From Dehalococcoidia bacterium (lineage in GTDB: Bacteria; Chloroflexota; Dehalococcoidia; Lucifugimonadales; CAUZJF01), in assembly GCA_965248605.1 (NCBI GenBank), contig CBDFJV010000006.1:9513-73512 (forward strand): a stretch of DNA of 64,000 nt, in the 5' to 3' direction. The stretch's first letter is position 1, and the number at the start of each line of letters is the position of its first letter. Of this stretch, positions 35,581-45,259 are shown piece by piece. The position numbers were made by a program, and so were the translations under genes. The notes beneath the pieces are model-generated. The model had not been told where the DNA came from, made no database searches, and was given only the letters and a program-made list of their open reading frames with translations.

Positions 35581-36435
35581 ATGCCGCTCGGAGCTTCTTC
35601 AGTCAACGGAGCTACTTCAGTTAACGTGGTGAGCGACGGGACCTTCCTGCTCGACGGAGGGGCCATGTTCGGTCCGGTGCCCAAGGCGGCTTGGGAAGTT
35701 AACATGAAGCCCGACAGGAAAAACCGAATACGCTTGGGTCTGAATTGCCTGCTGATCCAGACCGCGGCCAAGACCATCCTGGTGGACACAGGAGCCGGGT
35801 CCAAGCGGACCGACAAGTTCCGTGACCTTTATGGCCTTAATGGCAACAAGCTACTCCGGGACCTTCGCAAACTAAACCTTACCGCCCGAGACATAGATAT
35901 CGTCGTTCTCTCTCATCTGCACTACGACCACAGCGGCGGCTGCACAAAGCTAGACCGAGCAGGGAACGCCGTTCCTACGTTCCCGAAGGCGGAGTATCTC
36001 GTACAGCGAACGTGCTGGGAAGAAGCAAACGAGCCCAACGAACGCGACAAGGGGACCTACTACGAGGACGACTTCCTCCCTCTCGAGGAAGCGGGCGTCT
36101 TGAAGTTGCTCGACGGCGACGCCGAGATTGCTCCCGGAGTCAACGTCAAGACGACGAACGGTCATTCGGCCGGGCACCAGATCGTATTCGTCGAAGCCGG
36201 CAGCGAAAGGATCGCCTACGTCGCGGACCTCATGCCGACCCCGTTCCACGTGCCTCTCACTTGTATCGGCGCCTTCGACCAGTCTCCAAACGACACGTTA
36301 GCCGAAAAGCGCGAGATGATACAGACCGCGATAGAGGGCGGATGGCTGCTCGTCTTCGGGCACGCCTTCTCGCAACGTGCCGGTTACATCGAGCAGCGCA
36401 ATGGAAAGCACCAGCTCCTGCCTGTGGAAGTGTAA
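35581..36435 (+). CDS. MBL-fold metallo-hydrolase
   Basis: It has the LSHLHYDHSGG motif and later His/Asp ligands. Confidence 0.85.
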   Translation: MPLGASSVNGATSVNVVSDGTFLLDGGAMFGPVPKAAWEVNMKPDRKNRIRLGLNCLLIQTAAKTILVDTGAGSKRTDKFRDLYGLNGNKLLRDLRKLNLTARDIDIVVLSHLHYDHSGGCTKLDRAGNAVPTFPKAEYLVQRTCWEEANEPNERDKGTYYEDDFLPLEEAGVLKLLDGDAEIAPGVNVKTTNGHSAGHQIVFVEAGSERIAYVADLMPTPFHVPLTCIGAFDQSPNDTLAEKREMIQTAIEGGWLLVFGHAFSQRAGYIEQRNGKHQLLPVEV

Positions 36436-36441
36436 GCCGCG

Positions 36442-37761
36442 TTAGACGGAGACCGACCCGTTCGACGAGCCGCCTATCTCGGCGACGACCAGCTCGCCGC
36501 TCTGACCTACCAGCCGAGCCGGTGTAATCGTGTTTCGCAGCGGTCGGTCGCTCTCGGCAACGACCCTGATGTAGTTATCGGTCAGACCCACCCACCGATC
36601 GGCGCCGTCGTGAATTCGGTGTTCCTCCCACAGGACCGGCCGGGTGATTCCCAACGACCGGCTTCTGAACTCGTGGGCGTGCTTCGAGGAAAGACCTATC
36701 AGCTCACCCACCCGCTGAGACTTCGTAACGGCATCTACGTGTCCGTCGAAGTGGGCCGCACTGGTACCCGGCCTCGTGGAATATGGGAACACGTGCATCG
36801 ATGAGAAACCCACACGGTCGCATAGCTCGTACGTCTTCCGGAAATCGTCGTCAGTCTCGCCTGGAAACCCCACAATCACGTCCGTCGTCAGCGACGCCCC
36901 GCGTACGGAGTCTCGTACCATTTCGACTGTCTCAAGGTACTCACGGGCGGTATATCGCCGCCGCATTCGGGCCAGTACAGCGTCGCTGCCGCTCTGAAGG
37001 GCCAGGTGGAAGTGAGGGCAAAGACGTGGGTCCTCCCACAACCCGAGCAGGTCTTCGCTGATCTCCTGCGGCTGCACCGACGAGACTCTCAGCCGAGGTA
37101 CGTCCGTTTCCGTCAGGATGCGCCGTAGCAGGCCGGTCAGGTCGATGTCGGGGAGATCGAAGCCGTAGGACCCCAGCTGGGTGCCTGTGAGAACGATCTC
37201 CTTGTACCCAGCGGCGAGGTATTGCTCGATCGTCCCGACGATGTCCCCCGCCGGAATACTACGTTCTCGTCCACGGACTTTTGGCACGATGCAGTAGGCG
37301 CAGACCTGGTCGCACCCCTCCTGTATCTTGACCATCGCCCTGTTACGGCCACTACGCTCGACCTGGTCTGAACCGTCGGCGCATGGAGTGACCGACTCTT
37401 TGCGCCACTCTATGACCTGGCGCACGAGCCCTGGTTTTTCGAAGTTGCCCGCGACGAGGTCGACCTCTTCAAGGCCTCGCAGTGCCTCTGGGGCGCGCTC
37501 CGCGTAGCAGCCCGTCGCGACCACGGTGGCGTTGGGATTGCGGCGGCGGGCAGCTCTGAGCGCCTGTCTAGCTTTGCGGTCCGCGACGTGGGTTACGGTG
37601 CAGGTGTTGACCAGGTACACGTCCGCCGGCTCGTGGCTCTCGACCAAGCGGAATCCGGCGGCTACGAATTCAGCGGCCAGCACCGACGAGTCGGCCTGGT
37701 TGAGCTTGCAGCCGTGAGTTTCAACGGCAACCGTTGGTTTCTGTTCGTTGTTACGATCCAC
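36442..37761 (-). CDS. mtaB: Radical-SAM tRNA methylthiotransferase (MtaB-like, MiaB/RimO family)
   Basis: The N-terminal UPF0004 domain has its cysteines (THGCKLNQ.., NTCTVT), and the radical SAM motif is CDQVCAYC. Confidence 0.8.
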   Translation of the reverse strand: MDRNNEQKPTVAVETHGCKLNQADSSVLAAEFVAAGFRLVESHEPADVYLVNTCTVTHVADRKARQALRAARRRNPNATVVATGCYAERAPEALRGLEEVDLVAGNFEKPGLVRQVIEWRKESVTPCADGSDQVERSGRNRAMVKIQEGCDQVCAYCIVPKVRGRERSIPAGDIVGTIEQYLAAGYKEIVLTGTQLGSYGFDLPDIDLTGLLRRILTETDVPRLRVSSVQPQEISEDLLGLWEDPRLCPHFHLALQSGSDAVLARMRRRYTAREYLETVEMVRDSVRGASLTTDVIVGFPGETDDDFRKTYELCDRVGFSSMHVFPYSTRPGTSAAHFDGHVDAVTKSQRVGELIGLSSKHAHEFRSRSLGITRPVLWEEHRIHDGADRWVGLTDNYIRVVAESDRPLRNTITPARLVGQSGELVVAEIGGSSNGSVSV

Positions 37762-38374
37762 GGGCGTCCGGCACTCCGTCAGCGGGCCTCGCTTAGGATT
37801 TCCATATTATAGCCGCTGGAGGGCGTTTGCTTTGAAGCTCAGGCAACGGCGGGCGCCCTTACTCGGCGCCATTCTGCCCGTCGCGCTGGCGGGATTAGTG
37901 GGCTAATCACTTGATCGTCCCGTTGAAGCTATGGTTGCGGCTGCCTGTTTTACGTCGTGGTCCGCAGCGCAGTTCCGGTGCTCATGTGCGGGAATTCCCG
38001 CTATCGTCGCTAGCTCCTCCAGCTCGGACGTGAACGAGGTCAGAGCGTCTTTGAGCTGGCCATAGGCGGCCTGGGTGCTTTCGAGCCGTGGTGGATGCGA
38101 CAGTGAAGTCGAAACTAATAACCGTAGGGGCGCATTGCATGCGCGCGCGGAGGCCGTTCGACGGTGCCACCAACCCACAGGTTTCGTTCCCACTAAAAAA
38201 TTAGATGCCTGCATCTTGTTGTCGGTTGCGTCGTATCTGAATCGACTCATCTCGACACCCCTCCAACCGCATCGCCACGAACACGGACGCATCTAACCCG
38301 CACATGACCGGAGCTAATCGACGGTCCCGCCCAACACAGCTAATAGGGCCCCGGCGCTACTAAAGGAGTCTGCC

Positions 38375-39583
38375 GTGGAAGAAGCCAAGATATCGGTGTA
38401 CGGCGCGCCGTGGTGCCCAGACTGCAAACAGGCCAAGCAGTTCCTCAATGAGCAGCACGTCGCGTTCAACTGGATTGACGTCGACGAGGACCCGAAAGGA
38501 CTCGAATACGTCAAACAGACCAACGACGGTAAGCAAATCATCCCGACCATCGTGTTCGAGGACGGCTCGATTCTCGTCGAGCCAACCAACGCGGAGTTAG
38601 CGCGAAAACTAGGTATTAGCGCCCGGGCGAAGCGTCACTTCTACGACCTCGTCGTGGTGGGAGCCGGCCCGACCGGCCTGACGGCGGCAATATATGCGGC
38701 GAGAGAAGGGCTCGAAACCCTGATCGTCGAACGCAGCGGGATCGGAGGCCAGGCGGGTGTCACCGAGCGGATAGACAACTACCCAGGCTTTCCGGAAGGT
38801 GTCGGGGGCGCCGAGCTTGCGAAACTCATACAGCGTCAGGCCGACCGGTTCGGTGTAGAGATTCTACCGGCACAGTCGGTGACCAGGATCAAGACCGAAA
38901 TGCCCCAACCCTCGATCGAGACGGAGACCGGTGACGAGTACTGCACACGGGCGGTGTTGCTAGCCACGGGGAGCCGCTATCGTAAGCTCAATGTCCCTGG
39001 GGAGGACGACCTCATCGGCGCCGGGATACATTTCTGTGCGACCTGCGACGGGCCCTTTTACAAAGGCCAGGAGCTCGTGGTCGTCGGAGGCGGCAACAGC
39101 GGCATCGAAGAGGGGCTCTTCCTGACCAAGTTCGCTTCCAAGGTTACGGTGCTCGAATACGGAGACCGGCTCAAGGCAAGCAAGATCCTCCAGGAGAAGG
39201 CCGCTGGCCATCCAAAGATGGAGATACGGCTCCGACACACGGTCGAAGAGTTCAGAGGGAACGGCCGCTTGACCTCGATCGTCGTCAAAGACCTCGAATC
39301 AGGCGACGTCGAAGAGCTAAGACCGGGCGCAGCTTTCATATTCATAGGACAGCAGCCGAACACCGATTTCGTCCGCGGTGCTGTTGACCTCGATAAGTGG
39401 GGGTTCATCTCGACCGAGACAAACCTGGAGACCAGCCTTCCGGGGGTCTTCGCCGCCGGGGACGTCCGAGCAGGGAGCACCAAACAGGTCTGCAGCGCGG
39501 TCGGCGAAGGCGCCACGGTGGCGTTGATGATCAGGCAATTCCTCGAAAAGACCGAAGGCAGCCGTGGATACAGAGGGGACTAG
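38375..39583 (+). CDS. trxB: Glutaredoxin-like (NrdH/mycoredoxin-type) domain fused to thioredoxin-disulfide reductase
   Basis: The N-terminus reads VYGAPWCPDCKQAK. It is followed by VVVGAGPTGLTAA (FAD), the redox-active CATCDG and GGGNSG (NADPH). Confidence 0.85.
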   Translation: MEEAKISVYGAPWCPDCKQAKQFLNEQHVAFNWIDVDEDPKGLEYVKQTNDGKQIIPTIVFEDGSILVEPTNAELARKLGISARAKRHFYDLVVVGAGPTGLTAAIYAAREGLETLIVERSGIGGQAGVTERIDNYPGFPEGVGGAELAKLIQRQADRFGVEILPAQSVTRIKTEMPQPSIETETGDEYCTRAVLLATGSRYRKLNVPGEDDLIGAGIHFCATCDGPFYKGQELVVVGGGNSGIEEGLFLTKFASKVTVLEYGDRLKASKILQEKAAGHPKMEIRLRHTVEEFRGNGRLTSIVVKDLESGDVEELRPGAAFIFIGQQPNTDFVRGAVDLDKWGFISTETNLETSLPGVFAAGDVRAGSTKQVCSAVGEGATVALMIRQFLEKTEGSRGYRGD

Positions 39584-39630
39584 CGGTATAATCAGACTGT
39601 AGCCGCCATCGAAGCGGCCGTGGAGGCAAA

Positions 39631-39882
39631 TTGACAGACGCCAAGATCACTATGTACGGCACGACGTGGTGCGGAGACTGCGTACGCGCCAAAGACTTCC
39701 TCGGACGCCACGACGTCCCCTATTCGTGGATCGACATCGACCGAAACCCGGACGCTTCAGATCACGTTCGCGGGCTCAACGCCGGCAAGCGCATCGTGCC
39801 CACCATCGTCTTTGAAGATGGGTCCATCTTGGTCGAGCCGACCAACGCGGAGTTCGCGACCAAACTGGAGATCCGGCCCTAG
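39631..39882 (+). CDS. Stand-alone glutaredoxin-like protein (paralogue of the N-terminal domain of the neighbouring fusion)
   Basis: MYGTTWCGDCVRAK...IVPTIVFEDGSILVEPTNAEF. The stop codon TAG (39880..39882) lies within the terminal CTAG of MITE copy 5. Confidence 0.8.
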   Translation: MTDAKITMYGTTWCGDCVRAKDFLGRHDVPYSWIDIDRNPDASDHVRGLNAGKRIVPTIVFEDGSILVEPTNAEFATKLEIRP

Positions 39883-40009
39883 TAGACCGAAATCTTTGAA
39901 ATGAGGGGTAGCCGAGATTGGCGTGCTACGACGACAGGGCGGGTTTCAAACCCGCCCCTACCAAGCCGTAACCTCAGAACCCTTCAATACTAGGATGTTG
40001 GACCACTAG
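39879..40009 (+). repeat. 131-bp MITE-like repeat, copy 5
   Basis: Full-length copy. Confidence 0.9.
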
Positions 40010-40207
40010 GCCCTGAGAGAATTTTCGTAGCCCGCCGAGTGATCATCGGTCCGTAGGGGCAGGTCTCAGATCTGCCGAACCCATGCGCACGAGACTCATT
40101 GCCGAGGTGTTCCATTGTCGCTGATGCTCTGGTATCTTTTAGCCCGTTCCATGGTCGCCCTACCCGCCTGATTGCGTGAGCCACCTCACCGCGGAGACTG
40201 TCGTCGT

Positions 40208-41449
40208 ATGACTCCAAGGGTCGTCATCACTGGCATTGGCATCGTGAGTCCCGTAGGTCTTACGAGGAACTCTACGTGGGAGGGCCTGCTGGCCGGCAAG
40301 TCCGGCATAGACCACATCAGCGCTTTTGACCCCGAGGGCCTCGAGACGAGGATCGCGGGTGAGGTGAAGGGGTTCGAGCCCACGGACTACGTCGGGAGGA
40401 AAGAGGCCCGGCACATGGACCGCTTCGTGCAGCTCGCCGCGGGCGCTGCTCTCGAAGCGGTCGACCATGCGGACCTGAAGATCAACGGCACCAACGCGGA
40501 GCGCGTTGGAGTCGTCATATCCAGCGGCATCGGCGGCATCATCACGCTCGAAGAGCAGATCGGAGTGCTCGGTACTCGCGGCGCCCGGAGGGTTAACCCC
40601 TTTCTGGTGCCCATGATGCTTCCGGACATGGCTTCAGGCCAGGTGTCGATGCTGCTAGGCGCCAAGGGGCCCAACTTCGCCACAGTGTCAGCCTGCTCGA
40701 GCAGCGGCGACGGGATCGGTCAAGCCTTCGACCTCCTGCGCAACGGGTCGGCCGACATCGTGTTAGCCGGCGGCGCGGAGGCCGCCATCTCACCGATTGG
40801 CGTCGCCGGATTCAACGCCTGCAAGGCGCTGTCCAAGCGCAACGACGAGCCGCAGAAGGCGTCGCGGCCCTTCGATGCCGGACGCGACGGATTCGTGCTC
40901 GGTGAGGGCTCCGCGGTGCTCGTCATGGAAAGCCTCGAGAGCGCCGGGAGCCGGGGCGCCCAACCCATCGCCGAGATGAAGGGCTACGGCGCGACCGCTG
41001 ACGCACATCATGTCACGCAACCGGCGCCTGGCGGCGTTGGAGGCGCCAGGGCAATGAAGATAGCGCTGGAAGGCGCCGGGCTCGGGCCCTCTGACATCGA
41101 CTACATCAACGCTCATGGCACGTCCACGCCACTGAACGACAGGGCCGAGACCGCCGCGATGAAGTCGGTCTTTGGCGACGAGGCGTACAAGATCCCAATC
41201 AGCTCTACCAAATCGATGACGGGACACCTCCTCGGCGCGTGCGGCGCCCTGGAGGCGGCGGCGTCCATAATGTCGATCAGCAACGGCGTTCTGCCACCGA
41301 CGATAAACCTCGACGAGCCCGACCCCGACTGCGACCTCGATTACACCCCTTATCTGCCGAAACGGGGCAGGATCAAGTCCGCGATGAGCAATACCTTCGG
41401 GTTTGGCGGCCACAACAACAGCCTTGTCTTCAGTCAATACGAGGCGTAG
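40208..41449 (+). CDS. fabF: Beta-ketoacyl-ACP synthase II
   Basis: RVVITGIGIVSPVG, the active-site ACSSS, and the HGTST and GFGGHN motifs are present. The ATG is at 40208. Confidence 0.9.
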   Translation: MTPRVVITGIGIVSPVGLTRNSTWEGLLAGKSGIDHISAFDPEGLETRIAGEVKGFEPTDYVGRKEARHMDRFVQLAAGAALEAVDHADLKINGTNAERVGVVISSGIGGIITLEEQIGVLGTRGARRVNPFLVPMMLPDMASGQVSMLLGAKGPNFATVSACSSSGDGIGQAFDLLRNGSADIVLAGGAEAAISPIGVAGFNACKALSKRNDEPQKASRPFDAGRDGFVLGEGSAVLVMESLESAGSRGAQPIAEMKGYGATADAHHVTQPAPGGVGGARAMKIALEGAGLGPSDIDYINAHGTSTPLNDRAETAAMKSVFGDEAYKIPISSTKSMTGHLLGACGALEAAASIMSISNGVLPPTINLDEPDPDCDLDYTPYLPKRGRIKSAMSNTFGFGGHNNSLVFSQYEA

Positions 41450-41642
41450 CAGCGTACCCCTACCGGGGTAAGGGCAGGTCCCAGACCTGCCCGCATCTCG
41501 AGGCAACGTAGTGGAAAGAGCGAGGGTCAACAACAGCCTTGTTTTCAGTGAATACGAGGCGTAGCAGCGTAGGCCTACCGGGTAGGGGCAGGTCTCAGAC
41601 CTGCCCGCTTCTCAAGGCAACACGGTGGAAAGAGCGAGCGTC
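41413..41642 (+). repeat. Tandem duplication (2 x ~115 bp) of the last 12 codons of fabF plus a downstream hairpin element
   Basis: Unit 1 (41413..41527) and unit 2 (41528..~41642) are about nine-tenths identical by eye. Each encodes NNSLVFS(Q/E)YEA* followed by GTA(A/G)GGGCAGGTC-N3-GACCTGCCC. Confidence 0.85.
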
Positions 41643-41657
41643 GACGGAGGCCGCACC

Positions 41658-42020
41658 ATGGGCCGGACCGTGATTACGGCAACCCTCCGGGGCGAGGGCA
41701 GCAGCAAAGAGTACGAGTTCCTGGTAGATACCGGAGCGACTCACGTGGGTCTGCCTGCCGAGGAGATAGCCCAGCTGCGTTTGTCTACGATACCGAAAGG
41801 TCGGACGAGACTTCTAACTGCGACAGGCGTTGTTGAAAGACAGACCTATGCGGCCCAAGGCGAGGTCGCCGGTAGGGGGTTCGTGGCAACGGTCACCGAA
41901 GCTCCCATTCCGATCGTCGGATATGAGCTTCTCGAGAGTCTCAGACTGAAGGTGAACCCGGTCAACAAGACCTTGGAAGACGTACCCGACGAAGATCTGT
42001 CCCCGCCGTACCCGCTTTGA
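41658..42020 (+). CDS. Retropepsin-like aspartic protease family protein
   Basis: FLVDTGATHVGLP contains the D-T-G active-site motif, and the size is ~120 aa. The start is placed at the ATG at 41658; the longest ORF starts inside the tandem repeat. Confidence 0.6.
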   Translation: MGRTVITATLRGEGSSKEYEFLVDTGATHVGLPAEEIAQLRLSTIPKGRTRLLTATGVVERQTYAAQGEVAGRGFVATVTEAPIPIVGYELLESLRLKVNPVNKTLEDVPDEDLSPPYPL

Positions 42021-43762
42021 CTGTCGCTGACCCGTCCAGCGCGCCTTCTACGAGTCCGGCTCGCGCGGCCGTCGAAACACACCGCCCGCCCCCCAAGGAA
42101 TGGCGACGACTCCCTACACCCCCCGCTGGCTTCGCTCGGACGCTTGACCTGCCGCCGTTCCACGCGCACCTGCTGTTCAACCGCGGCGTAAGAAGCCGAC
42201 AAGACGCCTCTCTATACCTCGATGCCGGCGTCGGCCGGACGCACGACCCGTTCAAGCTGCCGGACATGCCGGCCGCGATCGCCCGGTTACGCCGGGCGAT
42301 CGAGACGAAGGAAGGCATCGGTGTGTTCGGGGACTTCGATACCGACGGTCTTTCCGGGACCGCCGTCATGGTGGCAGCCATACGCGAGCTCGGGGCCACC
42401 GCATTCCCCTACGTTCCTAATCGCGTTGACGAAGGGCACGGGCTTAATCGGGACGCCGTCGCGACCCTTGGGCGCGACGGGGTGTCCGTGCTGGTCACAG
42501 TCGATTGCGGATCGAGCTCGTCCGACGAGATCGAGTTCGCCTCCGGCATTGGCATTGACACCGTGGTGACAGACCACCACAGCCTGCCGCCTACCCTTCC
42601 GGCCGCGACCGCAGTCGTCAACCCCCACCGGAACGACTCTGAGTACGCGTACGACGGACTGACCGGAGCCGGTCTTGCGTTCAAACTGGCCGAGGCGCTA
42701 TTCGCCGAACTCCGCCGGCCCCTTCCCGACCAGTTGTATGAGCTCGCAACATTGGGGACCGTAGCCGACGTCGGCCCGCTTACAGACGAAAACCGGTACC
42801 TTGTCAGACAGGGCCTCTCTCTGCTGAACAACACCAGTCATCCTGGACTTAAGGCCCTCATCGCTCGCGCAGGGCTCGCGCTCGGGAGTCTTGACACCGA
42901 TTCGCTGTCCTATGGTCTGATTCCGCGTCTGAACGCGGCCGGTCGAATTGGCGACCCATCCAAGAGCCTCGACCTGCTGACGACGAATGACCCGGACAAG
43001 GCCGAGCGGATCGCCGAGGAACTGGAGCTCCAGAACGAAGAACGACGCCGGCTCACGGCCGATGGAGTCGCCCAGGCGCTTGAACAGGTCTCGGAGCAAG
43101 GCGGTCCGGCGGCCCTTATACTCGTTGAGCACCAGGAGTGGAAGCCCGGAATCCTTGGTCTAATCGCCGGCCGGCTGTCGGAGCTCTACCACCGCCCGGC
43201 GGTCGCCGTCTCGACTGGTGACGAAGTTTGCAGGGGGAGCGCCCGTAGCATCCCCGAGTTCGACATTGTCGAAGCGATCAGTCAGAGTCAGAGCCTATTG
43301 CTCCAGTTCGGCGGGCACCCACGAGCTGCAGGATTCACGATACCCGCCGAGGGACTGGCTCGCCTCAAGGCGGCGCTGATCGCGGAAGCGGAGAGGAAGC
43401 TCGCCGGAGCAGAGCTGGCGCCGTCGATCGATATCGACTGTGAAATCTCCCCGGCCCTTCTTGACGACCGTAACTTCGGCTTCATTCAGTCGATGCAGCC
43501 CTTCGGAGAGGCGAACCCGGTGCCCGTATTCCTGACACGCAACGCGCGGGTCCGTGATTCTCGCCAGGTCGGAGAGGATCGCAAGCACCTCAAGATGACG
43601 GTCGTCCACGGCGGCAGAGCATGGGACGCTATCGCCTTCAGACAGGGCGACCTGATACCGAACTACGACGACAGAATCGATCTGGTGTATAGCCCAAGCC
43701 TGGACAATTGGGGCGCGGAGCCGAGACTTCAGCTCGAAGTGCTGGACTTCAGGGTTCGATGA
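42017..43762 (+). CDS. recJ: Single-stranded-DNA-specific exonuclease RecJ
   Basis: The DHH motifs (GVFGDFDTDGLSG, TVDCG, VTDHH) and the DHHA1 region (GGHPRAAG) are present. Confidence 0.9.
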   Translation: MTVADPSSAPSTSPARAAVETHRPPPKEWRRLPTPPAGFARTLDLPPFHAHLLFNRGVRSRQDASLYLDAGVGRTHDPFKLPDMPAAIARLRRAIETKEGIGVFGDFDTDGLSGTAVMVAAIRELGATAFPYVPNRVDEGHGLNRDAVATLGRDGVSVLVTVDCGSSSSDEIEFASGIGIDTVVTDHHSLPPTLPAATAVVNPHRNDSEYAYDGLTGAGLAFKLAEALFAELRRPLPDQLYELATLGTVADVGPLTDENRYLVRQGLSLLNNTSHPGLKALIARAGLALGSLDTDSLSYGLIPRLNAAGRIGDPSKSLDLLTTNDPDKAERIAEELELQNEERRRLTADGVAQALEQVSEQGGPAALILVEHQEWKPGILGLIAGRLSELYHRPAVAVSTGDEVCRGSARSIPEFDIVEAISQSQSLLLQFGGHPRAAGFTIPAEGLARLKAALIAEAERKLAGAELAPSIDIDCEISPALLDDRNFGFIQSMQPFGEANPVPVFLTRNARVRDSRQVGEDRKHLKMTVVHGGRAWDAIAFRQGDLIPNYDDRIDLVYSPSLDNWGAEPRLQLEVLDFRVR

Positions 43763-44182
43763 GCGCTCACCGTTAGGCCTCTAACCAAGCCCTCTCTACG
43801 TCAAAGCCCCTTCTCGCAAAGGGCTTCCTACCTCCTCTCCCTGGGAGCCCGTCTCAAAAGAGAAGCGTCTGATCTCCTCTCCCTTGATGGGAGAGGATTA
43901 AGGTGAGGGTGTCTTGGTTGGCGCACGGAAACCGTCGCTGTTACCGCCAGCACGCCGACTTCCGACGGCAGGCTTTCCTAACTCTCTTCCCGACTGGGCA
44001 GAAACAGGACTTCTGAGACAGCCTCCTGGATGGGAGAGGAATGTCGAAGATCCCGAGGCTCTCGGGGAGGTGAGGGTGACGGCCCGACCCACGAAACAGC
44101 GCCACTGACGGCCATCGATTCAAAACGGCTTTCGGCCCTTTCTTCTTCCGGTGTGTACCGCCACGGAAAAAGAAGGTCCTCG

Positions 44183-45085
44183 TTACCGGCGACGGCGTCT
44201 TCGCTCGGCTCTAGTACCTCGCTCGCGGACTGGAGCGGCGTCTGGGTCTCCCCCGGCCCACGCCGGGGTAGCGAACCTCGCCTTCATTGCCAGTATCGGG
44301 ACGGTCACGACCAGCACCAGTAGGGCAATGTAGTGCGCTTCTTGCATCCCGAGCGCCCAGACCCTGTCCTCGCGAAGGAAACTGATCCCGAAGCGTCCAA
44401 CGGCATAGAGTGCGGCGTATAGCGCGAACAGCATCCCGTCGGGCTGCAGTCGCCCTCTCAGACGCCACAGGATGACCAGAGAGATCGTGTTCCACAGCAT
44501 TTCGTAGATGATAACCGGCTGAGCATGGTTCACGATGCCGTTAGAACAGAGTCGCGCCGGAGATGACTCGTCGACCCACTGCATCCCGAAGAACAGGTCG
44601 GTGGCTTTGGCGCAGTGCTCGCCGTTCACAATGTCCCCGAGCCGGCCGATCGACTGGGCGAATGGCAGCACCGGCGCGGTCAGGTCGGCTATGATTCCTA
44701 CCGGCAGCTTGGCGAACAGCGAGTAGGCGGCTCCGCCCGCGAATCCGCCAACTATCCCACCCCAGAGGCCGATGCCTCCGCTGTAAATCGCGAAGACCTG
44801 CGCCGGGTTTTGGCTGTAGACGTCGCCCCAATTGTCGATGACGTGTACTAGACGCGCGCCTATTACCCCACCGATTATCACCCAGATCGCTGTCGAGTAG
44901 ATATCGTCTGAGGTGACGAGGTCCTCTCCCTGGGGTGTTTTCCCGGCGAAAGGGGCCCAACGACCCAGCAGATAAATCGAGACCGCCACCGCGACAAAGC
45001 TGAAAAAGCCGTGCCAGCTGATAACCCATGTGTAGACTAGGTCTAGCGACAGGAGATTAGAGTCGATATCGACTTCGATCATCAA
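44183..45085 (-). CDS. lgt: Prolipoprotein diacylglyceryl transferase
   Basis: A multi-pass membrane protein with the GARLVHV, IGRLGDIVNGE and YPTPLYE-like (IIYEMLWN) motifs of Lgt. Confidence 0.85.
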   Translation of the reverse strand: MMIEVDIDSNLLSLDLVYTWVISWHGFFSFVAVAVSIYLLGRWAPFAGKTPQGEDLVTSDDIYSTAIWVIIGGVIGARLVHVIDNWGDVYSQNPAQVFAIYSGGIGLWGGIVGGFAGGAAYSLFAKLPVGIIADLTAPVLPFAQSIGRLGDIVNGEHCAKATDLFFGMQWVDESSPARLCSNGIVNHAQPVIIYEMLWNTISLVILWRLRGRLQPDGMLFALYAALYAVGRFGISFLREDRVWALGMQEAHYIALLVLVVTVPILAMKARFATPAWAGGDPDAAPVRERGTRAERRRRRR

Positions 45086-45259
45086 CGGTCCTCAGGGCAG
45101 CAGCCGCCGTCTACTCTACGTACGGCCCAGGATAGTGTCAAGGCAGACCCGTCGGCCATGTGAAGTCAAAAGTTGCCTATCGCCGTCATCCGAATGCTAC
45201 CGGCCGAAACAAGCCGTTGGCCGCCTGGTGACGGCGCTGAAAAACTGGTTGACTGACAT

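Noticed and set aside
37903-38292. 129-aa ORF in the mtaB/trxB-fusion spacer
   Set aside because: It reads through a GTAGGGGC hairpin element, has an Arg/Trp/Cys-rich N-terminus, and shows no family signature or convincing start context. A shorter genuine small protein cannot be excluded.
43898-44333. Several 60-97-aa ORFs between recJ and lgt
   Set aside because: They are translations of palindromic CCTCTCCC/GGGAGAGG/GGTGAGGG repeats and overlap each other on both strands.
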